The notes: generated from the sequence alone by a model not told the origin. A stretch of 64,000 nucleotides of DNA from Octopus vulgaris (GCA_951406725.2 OX597815.1:95542001-95606000); one strand, 5' to 3'; positions 15,041 through 28,687 are shown, numbered from the stretch's first letter. Translations and numbers: made by a program.

Positions 15041-16345
15041 ACTGTTTATCCTTCTTTTTAAAATCATTACACATTTCTCGATCCCAAATTCCATGTCGTG
15101 AAACTCAATTTGTTTCTCAGTCTTAGCAATTAGCTTTAGGCCATCTATAAACCACAGGTTGTTTACTTTAAACCTGCCTAGTATATAAACCCACCCCCTG
15201 CACATATCTTTCATAAACACTCGTTAGTGGCAGTATGCAGGCTACAAGTAGGAGAGGCGACAGACTATCCCCTTGAAAGATTCCTCTTGTATTATTTACC
15301 TCTCTCAGCTTATTTCCCCATGCTGTGAGTTCAGTTCGCCACGTTGCCATTGAGCTTTGTAGTCACTTCATGATATTGTGGGAGACCTTAAGCTGTTTCA
15401 GGCATTCAATAATCCACAGGTGTGGGAACATGTCATATGCTTTCCTGTAGTCCATCCATACCATCGCCAATGTTTTCTCTCTTCTTGCAGACAGCCAAGA
15501 TAGTCTTATCGATTAGTAATTGATCCGTCGTTTCTCTACTCTTATATCTATACCCCTTTTGTTCCACTAGTAGGTCGTTCTCATCTAGGTACATATAGAT
15601 GGTGTTCGATATGATGGGCATCATCAGTTTCCACATCAGTGGCAAACAAGAAACTAGTAGAAAATTTCAAACCGCATTCCCTTTACTTGGGTCCTTCTGG
15701 CATAGTACTGTTCCTCCTTTTGTCATCTTGGCCAGTACTTGGATGCCACTACTCAGTGTTTCGTTCAGCTGTCTCGCAATTCTCCTGTGCAGAGCTGCCA
15801 ATATTGTAAGCCGAAAGCCATGAACCTCATCTGGGCCAAGCGCTTTCCAGTTGGGAATTCTCCTGCACTGTTCTATAATCATCTCCTCGTTTATTTTCAA
15901 ATCCTCCTGTTGATAATCTCCGCTCTCCTCTTTGAGTGTATTTAACCACTCCCAATCATATTCGTTTTGCATCTCCTGAGACCAAATGTTTGCCCGGAAT
16001 CTTTTGCTTTCTTCAGCATCTAGCACGGCTTTTTCATTTTTTTCTTTCCCATCCACTTCCTAATAGACTCATGTCTGATTTTGTTCGAAAAGTCTGTTTA
16101 ATCTGTAATGCTCAATCCTCTGTTCATATCTCTTTAGTGTATGTGCTTTAGCTTTCAATCTCTGTTTTAATTCGTCAGTCACAACAGTGATTCCATTTCT
16201 CTTCACCCTATACTTCCTCTCTAGCTCAACATATTTCTCTCGCTGATCTTTATTTCTTTTTTCATATCACAAAATATTACTATGCTTCCTGATCTCGTTA
16301 ATAAACTGCGTTATTTCCCTTTTCAACCATGGTTCCTTCAGGTTA
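15040..16345 (-). mobile_element. R4/Dong-clade non-LTR retrotransposon RT fragment (decayed)
   Basis: Collinear minus-strand ORF pieces: RIPNWKALGPDEVHGF, MPLMWKL..EQKGY..TDQLLIDKTIL, RGIFQGDSLSPLL, DMEFGIEKC. The 5' end abuts an (AAT)n tract. Confidence 0.88.
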
Positions 16346-16350
16346 TGTTG

Positions 16351-16352
<2 letters not shown>

Positions 16353-16419
<67 letters not shown>

Positions 16420-16499
16420 TTATTATTATTTTAGTAGTAGTAGTAGTAGTAGCAGTAGCAGCAGCAGCAGTAGCAGCAGCAGCAGTAGTAGTAGTAGTG

Positions 16500-16565
<66 letters not shown>
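16353..16565. repeat. Compound (ATT)n-(AGT/AGC)n microsatellite
   Basis: Read directly; explains the poly-I/V/T/L ORFs. Confidence 0.98.
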
Positions 16566-17187
16566 AAAAGAGCGCAAAGCAATATGTAATACAACGCAGG
16601 TTGACTCTTCTTGTTGAATTGCACAATAATTCGAAAATCTGTTTTAGTATTCAAAATGGAAAGTGAAAGAAAAGTAGGAATTTAAAATTTCAGCTGGAAT
16701 ATCCTGCAATCCGTTCTAGACAAAAACAGAAGTAAAAACTAATGTCATCAAGTCTCACTTGTTTGTAATTAGTTAAAACAGGGAAAAAAGGCCAAGAATG
16801 AAATATAAAGGAAACGCATGATATGCCTTAATCAAAACGTTTTGTATAGATCTGATGGAATTCTCATACTATTCGTCCAGTGCTTTACCTAGTGTACTCT
16901 CTGACATCATGCCTATGCCCATTAAATCAAATTATGTTTGGTACCTTCAGCTCTGTACATTATTGCAATTCTCACCTGTATAAATTATAACAATTCTGTT
17001 ATAATGTGTGATGTAATTCACCTGTTATACTTAGTTTGCGACTCTAAGTGTACAAAGTTCAAAGCCCCAATGCAGTTTTGATTACAATTAGAGGTAATAG
17101 ATTCTCATATATTTTTGTTATGTCTAAAATTTACAATAGGTAGAGAGAAAATATTTCTTTAAAAGGAGGATATCTATCTGAAATATG

Positions 17188-17356
17188 TTAGTAAACTTCA
17201 AGAAAAGCTTTTGAAGAACAAATGCAATTTCGGTGCCACTTAAGATGAAGGATGGTGAAGTTGAAGTAGGCTGTGCTTCCTCCTAGCCAATTTGGTGAAA
17301 GGTGGATAAAAGTCCCGTGTACGGTCCGAGTAAATGAGCCTACTCTAACCATGCGC
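17188..17356 (-). CDS. Candidate exon
   Basis: Strong acceptor ttccccttcaatctacag|. The frame RMVRVGSFTRTVHGTFIHLSPNWLGGSTAYFNFTILHLK.. stays open to TAA at 17188. Confidence 0.3.
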
Positions 17357-17730
17357 CTGTAGATTGAAGGGGAACAATAGAGAGAAAACCTTTGCCAAAT
17401 TTATCGGGAGAATTGTATGCAGTTTGAATCAGTAATTATTGTTTTTTCATGTAATCTCAGTATTGCGTAGTGCGGTCCTTATTCATTTTTGAAAACACTT
17501 AGTGGTTAAGAAATCATCATCATCATCATCACCATCACCATTCCGATAGTGTATCTTATTATTTTTAACATGTGTACTGAAGATAACACAAAAGAGAGAT
17601 AGTGGATAATAACATAAATTGCATCTCAGCCGTAGCTGAAGCAACGTTGAAATAATTAAGAAGCAATGCATGCTTCATGTTACTTTGTTCGGTTTAATAA
17701 GTATAACATATTTAATTAAATATATTATAG

Positions 17731-17848
17731 GAAAATAGTGATCACAAAAGCCATTTTGCCGTACAGATTTTACAGGAACTGGATAGTTATCCTGCTGAAG
17801 TTAAATCATTAGAAATGCTTCAAAATGAAACTTCGCTGGAGCATGAAG
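17731..17848 (+). CDS. Candidate plus-strand exon (118 nt)
   Basis: ttatag|ENSDHKSHFAVQILQELDSYPAEVKSLEMLQNETSLEHE G|gtaact; poor pyrimidine tract. Confidence 0.25.
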
Positions 17849-18741
17849 GTAACTCATCAATTTCATTTTTGATATGGATTTCACAAACTGTAATTGCAGC
17901 ATATTGCTGAATGGATTTATTTATGCGAATAAAGACGGGCAGAAGAATATATAAAACAAGAAAATTTCCGAATCAAAAGAAATAGTTGCAGCTAAACGCT
18001 TCAGTGCATATAACGGAACATATAATGTGTGTTGCATGATTACGTTGACTTGGTTAAACCCCGATTGTACGATTGAAATATTGTTTTTTTTAATTTAAAT
18101 GTTTATTTAATCTGATATTCGCCGAATGAAACAGGAATTGTTTATTCTAGCACTCTTTTATAATGTGTATCTACTTCTACGTACTTTCCCTTAAAATCTC
18201 TCTCTGTATATCTACCTCTATTCTACCTAAATATCAATGCATCTCTCTCACTTTCTAAATCTTTCTACATAACATGTATACACCCCCACCCCCACCACCC
18301 CACACATCTTTGTGCATGTGTGTCTGTGTGTGTTTGTGTCTGTATATGTATATCTATCATATACACTTATATATTCCTACATGCATACATACTAAGGCGA
18401 ACAAGCAATTTTAGCATGATATGCGTCTGTGTGTAGGATATAGGAACTACTGCTCACTCGTAAGATGAGTATTATATTTATTCTATCAATTGCCTACCTT
18501 CTGATATCGTTCTATGCACCCGCGTAATCTATGCCTTCATAACATTAATACTCAGATAGCATTAGCATGGCGCTGAAGCCCTAAATTGAAAAAGCATATG
18601 CGCACAAACGTACATAATCACACATACCTATTCATATGTGCGTATGATATTTATACATTTGGAGACAAATGTTGTTTAGAATTATTTGAAATAATATGTA
18701 GTTACTGGCATTAACTTCGACTCGAAACACGTAAAAAGTAC

Positions 18742-18902
18742 GCCTGTTGGCAATTGTGAATGCAAAGGTGATTTGATTGGTTAAATCTGAAAGACTGGCC
18801 TGTCGTTGTAAAAAATCATTGTCTGGAGACAAGTGGACTGCTGTGAGCACTATTTCTGCTTCAAGAGGCATTATCAGTTCAGTAGTTGTCCAAGGTGGAT
18901 TA
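18742..18902 (-). CDS. Candidate internal exon of an unidentified gene
   Basis: Acceptor atatttgcag| and open frame NPPWTTTELIMPLEAEIVLTAVHLSPDNDFLQRQASLSDLTNQITFAFTIANR. The donor is either AG|gcgtac (end 18744) or GC|gtactt (end 18742). Confidence 0.4.
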
Positions 18903-20835
18903 CTGCAAATATACGTTTCCGATGTATGTAAACATAGAGGTTAATATTTATATCCTAAGTTAATTTTGAATAAGTAAAACGGATATAAGGCAAGGGAATT
19001 AATTCACAGTCATACCAATAGACTTGGACAAAGTATAATAAATTTAGACTGAACAAAAATCAAATACATACAGGACAACTTTTTGACTTATTGAAATCAT
19101 ATTTGCTTCTAAAGAAAGGAAGCTAAAATGAAAGGATAGATATGGATATAAGAGCAATCATACAAACACAAACACACACGTATTTATGAGTGTATTTGTG
19201 CGATTGTAATTTCTTAATATCCGTAGGTTAAGTTCACCAGGGACCAGATAGTTTAATGTGCTCCATCGAATCTAAAATAATGTTGTTATCTGAGTTTACA
19301 TAGTTACTAAGAGTCGCAATTCAATCAAATACGTATAAGCTCTCACGTTGAGTTACCCAAGTCTTTATCCTAATACGTGCCTCCTCGCATTTCCGTATAT
19401 GTCCGTATAAGATATATATTTTTATGTTTATTCAAAGGTATCTATATAAATACTAGCAACAGAATTCATTCAATTACTTGAAAGGCTAGTGGAAGTAATT
19501 CGCAGCGTTGACGATTTGCTAAGATATCGATATTATTTAATTGGTTCATTGATGGTTTTACTTAAATTCTCAAGAAATCAACAGGTCGCGCATATAAAAT
19601 GCTATCGATTTTGAAATTTCTCAAACAGATTGATTAACAAATGGACCTCCAACGGTGAAATGAACAACACAGCTTGCTTCTCTATATACAAACCACTCAA
19701 AGTTTCAATACACGAAAAAGTTTCATCTTTCTGATAATTTAAGTGGCTTTTAAGTAATGGCAGTAAAACTTGATTCGCCATTTGGTTTCATGACAACTAA
19801 CATAGTGTAATCTATTAATGTTATCATTTTTAGAATCGCCAGAGTATCATTCAGCAAGAAAGATTCCTTATATAAATGTTCGATTTAGTGTAGAATCAAT
19901 GATATTATTCGATCATTGATTTGCAACTGTTTACACATTACATTCGTTATTGATATTTTATCAAATAATATAATTTCAAAGAAAAAAGAAAAAAAATGTA
20001 ATTACAAGAACATCAGAAATATGGCTCAATGATAATTTCGGTTACCAGTATCATAGATACAGGTATGGCTGCGTGGTTAAAGTGAGAAGTTTGTTTCATA
20101 ACTGCCCGTATTTCAATAGTTCGGCATCTATGCAAGCAAATTCTATTGGATTTGATATGTTTTCACCCACCCACGAGGATAAGAATTCTTGCAAACAGAC
20201 AAAAGATGCAGACTTTTCGTATCTTAGGAAATGCTATTGATTTTTACCTACATCTTTGCCACAAAGAGCATCAGAATTCAGTGTGAACGTTAATTTATGA
20301 GTTGTAAGTAAATAGTTAATAATTTAGGTATAAAAGTACTCCATTATCTAATTCCAAATAAATAATAAAGGCTAACTAAAAATCTGTTGGATGAAAGAGT
20401 TTGTTTCTCATATATGTAGTCCCAGCTATGGTATTTAACTGTTCGGCTACTTGTGTAAGTTTTCTTCACCAAAAGTATGTTTTCTAGAATGTGGTCGGTG
20501 GAACTCTATTACGCCCGTCCTATCCATCTACCTATGAGTTACATCAAAACAGTATCAAGAAAATACTGGTGATATTATATTCAAACTGAAGGCCTGCAAT
20601 AACTGCCAATGATAAATAATGAACTACTTAGTCATGAATTTATATAACATCTGTGGCATGGAGGTTGTAAAAGCTAATTACATGAAATACGTTGTTTATT
20701 TGCGTGCCAGTAATTTCTAAGTTCGAACTATTATGAGAATATACTTATCGTTTGTATTTTGGATTCATAAAATTAAGAAACTGATTCGTTTTGAGTATAC
20801 TCACTCAGCTACACACTTCCTATCGAGATACATAA

Positions 20836-21030
20836 TTTAGCACAAAGCCAGCAATTTTGGAAGAGGCGGCAAGTTCATTACATCGATCCTAGTGAATAAC
20901 TGGTACATATTTTCTCGTTTCTGAAAGGATGAAAGTTGAAGTCGACCACATCGATATTTAAATCTAGAATGTAAAGACGGATGAAATGGCGCCAGACATT
21001 TTGTCTGGCGTGCTAACGATTCTGCTGACG
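20836..21030 (-). mobile_element. SINE family A variant (decayed)
   Basis: aaaggatgaaagttgaagtcgac and ggcgtgctaacgattctgc match the family A reverse complement, with an alternative tail (gcacaaagccagcaatttt). Confidence 0.75.
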
Positions 21031-21117
21031 ATTTTATCAACTCAGCACCTGAAAGAAATTCTGTCAGCTAACGGTCCTTCGGGTCGGCATCTTAAACAGA
21101 AATTGATATTATCACAT

Positions 21118-21245
21118 CATAATTCTGCCGAGGTCAAATTTGCCTTCCATACTTTCGGGATTGATGAAATAAGTACCACTTGAGTACTCGGTTCAATGTA
21201 ATCGGCTTACCCCAAACTCCTGGCCTTGTACCAAAACTTGAAACT
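21118..21245 (+). mobile_element. SINE family A variant, 5'-truncated
   Basis: aattctgccgaggtcaaatttgccttccatactttcggg..aaataagtacca..ctggccttgtaccaaaacttgaaac. Confidence 0.75.
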
Positions 21246-22189
21246 AATATTACCAAAAAATATATTCGCGGTATGGATTTTTCTGTTGAAAACTCCATAT
21301 CGCTAACAGTAAGAATTCAATCTGTATTGTTAGTGACAAAGGAATGCCTTATTCCAGTAAGCAAAAATTATGTTATTTCACGTAATAGTTTATGCCCTAC
21401 AACAGGTCAGTCATGTCAACTTTTTTCGATAAGGTTGCTCGATTTTTCTATATATCTTTCTCATTTACTCATTTTTAAAGAATATGTTGATATACTTCTA
21501 TGTGCTTTTATTTTTGAAGACCTAATGCTTTTTATAGCTTAATACATTCTTTGAGACATGTAATCTTATACATTATTCTACATTTATATTGATTGAGGTT
21601 GATTAAATATTGCTCAATGTTGTTTGATATTGTAAGCAAAATTATATTCTCTCTGTTATTTTAGACTAACTTAAAAATTTATACAATGGAACAACGGCGC
21701 ATGTGTCATTTACGTATTCAAAGACAAAGGATAAAAAAATTACACGTGCATCCACGTGCAAATTAAATTATATAATTACAAGTGTCGATTGAAGTACCAC
21801 TCTAAGTAAAAAATATTGTATTGACAAAAAACGCATCAAAATATAAGTGCCAAAAGATGCGTAGAGAATTTGTCAGGCACCTGTGGGGCGGGAGAGGTAG
21901 GAGTGGCGTGAGAACAAGGCAGTATCATACAGACGAAGAGAAATATATCTCAAGCTCCTGATTAGTACTAAAATTGGGTGTACGCCATGCAGTATTTAAA
22001 AATATGAACGGATACAGGATAAATTTATAGAAAAATATCTAATAATTGCTTAAATAAGTACACAATCCCTCTCACGAATTGTAAGTGTGCTGAAAATACC
22101 TTTCCAATGTAACTACGGGATAAATATCCTGATAAAAATTAGTGCAATATTACTATTTATAAATAAATATTTCAAACACGAACAGAAAG

Positions 22190-22850
22190 CTTTAACACAT
22201 CGTGTGATTCAATATAGGCTCATAAACCAAGAATGACCAATTGTTGACAAAACACCCTATCAACAATGACGGGATGTATAGACAAATTCTGAGCATTGTA
22301 TTGATTGAGGACCAGATGACTTTTGACAGTCTTTCTCACAGGTGGATCGTGAAAACACTGGCACCATTAATGAGATACATGACACAATTTATAAGTAGGA
22401 ATTTTACTGATATAGGCAAAATTATTTATTATATAAAGGAAACAATTCTCAACTAGAAGAGAAATATTCGAAAGTTCTTCTTTCTTTCCATTCCCATATT
22501 TTCTGTCTTCTTTAACTAATATTCAAAACATGACTGGACTTGTGTACAAATGATATGTTAATATAGTTAAGCACGTGTCGTGTACTGCTGGCCTCGCATG
22601 CTGTTCTGGAAATAGACATTATAGCAATTCACCAGGAAAAAATTGATATGGAATTCGAATTAGGGTTATGTACCAAAACAACATTAAACGGAGGTATCTT
22701 AATTCAGCACACAAACATCATGTAATACAGAATACAAACACTATTATACATGTGCAAATATAAATATACAAATATTTAAAAATCAACGAACGGCTCCGTG
22801 TAAACACAGACATAGGATTGAAAGAAATACATAACGATGGATATTATAAG
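22190..22850 (+). mobile_element. Highly decayed R4/Dong-like RT fragment
   Basis: DQLLTKH..LSIVLIEDQMTFDSLSHRWIVKTL (ORF 22241) resembles DQLLI..NL..AWIDY.KAFDSVPHSWI. A gatatggaattc (DMEF) motif lies at ~22646. Confidence 0.6.
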
Positions 22851-23149
22851 TATGATACAATATTACTTAAAGCAAAGCCAAATACAAAGAAATATATTGA
22901 GATACACCAATACACAAGCTGCTCTACAAATTGGTTCTAATTATAATAGTTTCAGCTGGATGATAAAGCGACAAAGAAGGTTTGATAGAAATATAAGTAA
23001 AATAATTGGATTTATAACTCCAAATTCTGATATAGATATATTATTTACGAATTCTGTGAGTAGCGAGTGTAGGCAGCTGAAAATCATTCTAACATTTTCA
23101 CAGTAGGATTGCGAAAGTATAGATAAATGAATTATGAAAGTGTTTTCTG

Positions 23150-24345
23150 TTTCCAAACATTGCAACAGATATAAAATAGAGGATGATATGAAAGATAAAT
23201 AGAGAAGAAAATAGAGACACCAGAAACATTTTTTGAAAAGCTGTAAGTCAAATCGTGTACTGAATACCGTGATAAGTGCTGCTACAAGAAACCCTTCATG
23301 GCCAATAGACTGACCACGGGAGAAATCGTGAAATTCCACAGATAGTTAGGGAAACTCTCGATCGAAGTAAAATACCAGACAAATATGAAAGACAGTGACA
23401 TTTTGGAAAAGGGTATGGAGTGATAGAAATGAATTTACGAAGGAAGCTGAATGGACAACGGGAGAAGAAGAACAGAGATGGAATGTTATTGCATTGCAGA
23501 AACTACATCTATCTAAAACTCATAAGTGGATTCTCCTGTACACGATAAAATCGCAGACTTCTATTTTGTCAGCATGTCATCATCCAACCGTCAGTTAATG
23601 GTATGTTTCTCTAATATCATGAGAAACCCCGAAATGACAGTAAGATGGATGATAGTAGGGATAACACACCTATTCTCTAGAACAAGCTATTCAAGAAATC
23701 CAAACAACTACTGGTCGGTCACTTGTTTGACCACAATGTGAAAACAATTACATCCATCCTCACCGAAAGGATGTACTAATTTCTCGATGGATACAACACA
23801 ATTCCTCTTGAATAAAAAAGGGTGCAAAAGAAACTCATAGGGCTGCAATGACCAACTGTTAATAAATCGTATAATACTCGAAAATTGTACAGCTGCAAAA
23901 CGAAATCTTAGCACGGAATGTATTTGACAATGTTCCACATAGATGGATTTCAGAGACACTAAATATATAACAGAGTTCTCCTTTCGTAAAAGGTTTTTTA
24001 CATCACAGTATGTGACTGTGGATCACAAAATTATTTCTCAACCACAAGAAAGGCTTGTATGTACCAGAGAACATCAAAGTACACCATGGAATATTCCAGC
24101 TTGATTCACTCCCCATCTCCTCTTCTTTCTTTCCATCAATTACTTGTCCCACGAGCTCAATAGAACAATTTACGGTTACAAACTGTTTGACAAGATCATC
24201 TCACACTTGCTATACATGGCTGATCTGAAATTATATGCAAAAGATGACAATAATCTGAAAGGTATATTAGTAAGTGTGAAAAAATTCAGCGATGACAGAA
24301 ATATGGAATTTGGCCTGAAGAAGCGAGCAAAATCTTCGTTCAAGC
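23150..24345 (+). mobile_element. R4/Dong-clade LINE RT fragment (decayed)
   Basis: FWKRVWS, NPNNYWSVTCLTTM, GCNDQLLINRIILENC, HGIFQ.DSL and ISHLLYMADLKLYAK..MEFGLKK occur in collinear order with stops and frameshifts. Confidence 0.88.
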
Positions 24346-24830
24346 TGATTTATGATTTATTGTTTCTTGTCCATCTCCACATATTCTGCAGTTACTTGTA
24401 ATATTTCTTTTCATTACATGTTTTTGGTAATTTCTGGTGGGGAGGCTTTGGTCTTGTGCTGCAATTAAAAATCCCTCTGTTTCTGCTTTGAGTCCTGAGC
24501 TTCTCAACCATTGCTGGGATTTTTCTTTGTCTATTTCTTTTGCGTTTAGTTTAGTCCAGTATTTACCATGAAGGGGCTTTTCTTGCCATCGTTTTATCAT
24601 GGTTCGTTGCTGTTCTATTTTTAGTTTGGATTTCATTTGTTTTATATCTTTTGTTGTTTCTTCATCTTCTTCTTCTTCTTCATGTTTATTAGGTGGTATG
24701 ATTTCTTGTTTGTATTTGTCAGCTTCCTTAAATACTGAGAACAGTTTTTTGTTTTGCTCGTGTTTTGCCGCTATCTGGATCAGTTTTCCTTCCTTCTGAA
24801 GTAGATATTTTTGCAGTCCTATGGTGGTTA
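24345..24830 (-). mobile_element. R4/Dong-clade LINE post-RT / zinc-finger fragment (younger, frame open)
   Basis: ORF 24340-24951 reads WQEKPLHGKY..WLRSSGLKAETEGFLIAAQDQSLPTRNY..CRICGDGQETINH, the CCHC finger that precedes the REL endonuclease. Confidence 0.9.
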
Positions 24831-25137
24831 TGCAACAACTTCTATAAACGTAGATAAATATGGCTTTAAATCGTTGAAATCTCGAAGTAAAATGAAGGAA
24901 CTTAATTTTGAAGTCAACTTCAGTAACTAGATATTGGTGTTGAAATTTCATTACGGTTCAAATTTCTTCCCAAAAATCTTCGTAATATATTAACCGTTTG
25001 TCTAAGGTGCACACATTGTTTGTACACTATAACCATAGCAAAATACGGAGGCACCTATTAGAATGTATCAACAAGCTATAGACGAATGTAGCATAAAATG
25101 CTAAATAATAACGTTAAATATGGTTGTGCACGAGTGC

Positions 25138-25169
<32 letters not shown>

Positions 25170-25281
25170 AACATACACACACACACACACACATACAAAC
25201 ATATACACACACACGCGCAACATACACACGAACGTGCACGCATACCCGCATACACACAAATACACATAAAGATATAAACGA

Positions 25282-27690
25282 CACTGGTTAAGTTTTTTTT
25301 ATCAAACACATATCAAGGTCTACTTAGTGTAGTTTTTAATGCTGATTTCAAATATTCAATTAGTTTCTTGACATCACGTACAGTTTTCAAGATCAGAAGT
25401 ATTTTGAGGTTTTAGCTCCAATTAATGACGTGTATGCATGTATTTCATTTGCATCATGGAAACATACCTTCAAAATAAGCTAGATTATTTATTGCTGCAT
25501 AGTTCAGATACAATATTTCATCATCTTAAATTAACCAATCAAGTTTTGTCCGATTAAATAGGTATTTCAACATCTCAAACTGTCCAGATGAAATATTTCA
25601 TCATCTCATATTCAGTATAAGTATAACCGTTAGTATATATTTCCTTACTTGTTTTACAGAGTTAACAATGTCAAGACAGCGTGGAAATCGTCCTGATGCG
25701 TTTTGTGTGTAGACAATTTATTGTGAAAGCTCAAAAACGTACAATGACATTAGAAGATTTATAAGCTAGTTTGACCGCCCTCTTGGAGATCAGGACTAGT
25801 TTTGGGCATTATATATTATCTGCTCAGCTTGATCAAATGGCTTGCCGTTCCAATGATATAGAGGGAGCCGAAAGATCGTTTTAATGACTGTTATTTTTGC
25901 AATGTAAATATCACAGGATTTTCTATGAAGAATAAACACGAGATTGTGTATCCCAATTTGGATTCCGCAATGAGAGCTGTGCATCACAATGGAAATCTGC
26001 CATTTCCAGTTCCACTAGATGGTGGTATTAAAAGGCGGCGAGCTAGCAGAAACATTAGCGCGCCGGGCGAAATGCTTAGCAGTATTTCGTCTGCCGTTAC
26101 GTTCTGAGTTCAAATTCCGCTGAGGTCGACTTTGCCTTTCATCCTTCCGGAGTCGATACATTAAGTATCAGTTACGCACTGGGGTCAATATAATCGACGT
26201 AATCCATCTGTCTGTCCTTGTTTGTCTCCTCTGTGTTTAGACACTTGTGGGTAGTAAAGAAATAGGTATTTCGTCTGCCGTTACGTTCTGATTTCAAATT
26301 CCGCCGATGTCGACTTTCCCTTTCATCCTTTCGGGGTCGATAAATTAAGTACCAGTTACGCACTGGTCTCAATATAATCGACTTAATCCATCTGTCTGTC
26401 CTCGTTTGTCTCCTCTGTGTTTAGCCCCTTGTGGGTAGTAAAGAAATATGTTTTGAAACATCAGAAGTTAATACTGACTGTCACGATAGTATTGCTGAGG
26501 AAGATTACGTGGCTGATCACGACAGATTTGAACCTCAGAAATGTTCTCAAGGTGAACTGACTGACCATGTTAGAGACCTCTCCCTCTCAAAAGATGAAGC
26601 AGACTGAATGGAAAGTATCTGCCAGGGCACGGTGTTAGTATAACTGATTTTCGGCAGAGAAATGTGGTTCTATAAACGTGTTTCTCTGTTGAAGGCCCGC
26701 TTTGCTTTGCTTTGCTGTAACATCGATGGACCTTTCGAATGTTTATTACAAAATCATGATCCTGTAAACCTGGCGTTTGTTTATTGACTCTTCAAAACGA
26801 CGTTTAAAAGTTGTACTTGTCCATAGCGCTAAATTGAAGCCTCCATTCATATTGCACACTATGTTCGTCTTCAGGTATGGTATGAGAATATGGAACTTTT
26901 ACTTCATGCTATTGCCTGTGAACGATACTCATGGAAAATAGGTGGAGATATAAAAGTAATTGTTATGTTAATGGGAATGCAGTCAGGTTTCTCAAAATAG
27001 TGCTGTTTCGTGTGTCTATGGGATAGTCGGGCAACTGACAGAACATCATACCAGCTAGGACTGTCTAGTGTCGAGTGTACACCTCTTGTAGCTCCATGTA
27101 ATGTCCTACTGCCTTCTCAACAGGCGAAGTTAAAAGAGGGTGTCTTTGTCGGACCCCGAATTAGAGAAGTACTCAAAGGTTGTCGCATGTCACTGAAAGT
27201 TCACTTCTTGGAATCCCATCTGGATTTCGTCGCAGATAAACTTGGAGCAGTGACTGATGGACATGGTGAAAGATTTCCCCAGGATATTAGAGCTATGGAG
27301 AAACGGCACCAAGGCTTCTGGAATGACAGGATGCTGGCTGACCACTGCTGAACTCTTTAACATGATCAAGAACACTGCAGAAAATCCAAATCACAATAAC
27401 TGTGTTGTTCTAATTTTGTCTATTTTATCTGTGCCATTTTTTGTGTATTCACTCTTTGTAGAATGATATTGATGATTTTTAACTCAATAAACTCATTTAC
27501 TTTCTAAGAAGATTATGTCCTTAATTATTTTATATGAACAATAATGTAAATATTTTCATGTATCTACTAAAACCACGATACGTGCTGCATACAGGTAAAG
27601 TAACATTTTGAAATCAGCATGAAAAATTAGTGTAAAAAAATTGGGCTGCATTTGTAACGACTATAATACATTTAATTTTGTTGACCAGTG
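25282..27690 (+). mobile_element. Chapaev3-like (CMC superfamily) DNA transposon, near full length, decayed transposase
   Basis: Termini are cactggttaa (25282) and ttgaccagtg (27690), the latter followed by TAA. A subterminal IR pairs tttttaatgctgatttcaaat with ttttgaaatcagcatgaaaaa. Peptide relics: LGDQD, IVYPNLDSAMR, FIDSSK, CLWDSRA, AKLKEGVFVGP, MSLKVHFLESHLDF, DGHGERFPQDI. The family name comes from motif recall. Confidence 0.8.
26032..26447 (+). mobile_element. tRNA-derived SINE with Nin/Deu-like domain (family A), 3' body tandemly duplicated
   Basis: Head ggcggcgagctagcagaa, B-box-like gagttcaaattcc and domain gcctttcatccttccggagtcgata. About 182 bp is repeated (26083-26264 and 26266-26447). 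It interrupts the transposase. Confidence 0.9.
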
Positions 27691-28617
27691 TAATTATGTG
27701 CAACAACGTGTTGTTATGTGTGTGTGCGGCATTATTGTGGAACCTTTGTTCTGAGTAAAATAGAAATTTATAGGAACAAAAACAATGCATGGATTCCATA
27801 AAGAGAAATTTTCTCTCAAATATAACATGTTATTCAGCTGCTTTAAATTTCGAAGGACAATATTTCTCTCTTGAGATAGCAATTACAGGATGGTTAAATA
27901 TATTATATTCCATATATTAATCATAAACAGGGAGTGCTCTGGCTCAAAGGATATTGCACCAGATATTCGTCGAATTATAAATGATAAAGAATAAAAATTA
28001 GTATGCTGTCGCTCAGTAAAGAGTAGCTTCTAGCCATATTTATTACCAGTCATTATTATATATATATGTGCTAATAAAATTTATGCACAATACGTACGCA
28101 CTCCAGCACACGTACACATATATTGCCACCTTTGTATGATACTAGATGTATATACAGGGTCTAATAGCATGATACTGTGGATTTCGTATGAAAGACATTC
28201 TTCGTTGAGATGTTGCATTAAAAAGAATACCAAATATATGAGTCGAAGCAAACATTTTCACAGCAGTGAATCATGAGATCGACAGCCGCATTTTGCCCTA
28301 GACGTATGGTGAAGACCTTGCAAGAGTACAACTTTGCACTACATTCATATATTGCACTCTGATTCAGGAGTTCCTGGGTTTATGGAGTCTAAAACCCCAA
28401 TGTTTTTTCCAGGTCTACACCTCCAACAACATTTTTCAAAAATCCACGAAGAAAGAGAAACTCGAGAGGGGCACCAATATGTATTTATATACATACATGC
28501 ATATATACACACACATACACACATACATACACTCAGAAACACACACATACACACATACATACACTCAGAAACACACACACACGCGCGCATATACATACAC
28601 ATATATGTATATATATA

Positions 28618-28687
<70 letters not shown>

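Noticed and set aside
18742-18902. Integrin alpha calf-domain identity for this candidate exon
   Set aside because: Only a loose resemblance; the expected N.GPS continuation and FG-GAP exons were not found.
23150-24830. Twin-priming 5' inversion of a single LINE
   Set aside because: The fragments are convergent rather than divergent and differ strongly in decay, so independent insertions are more likely.
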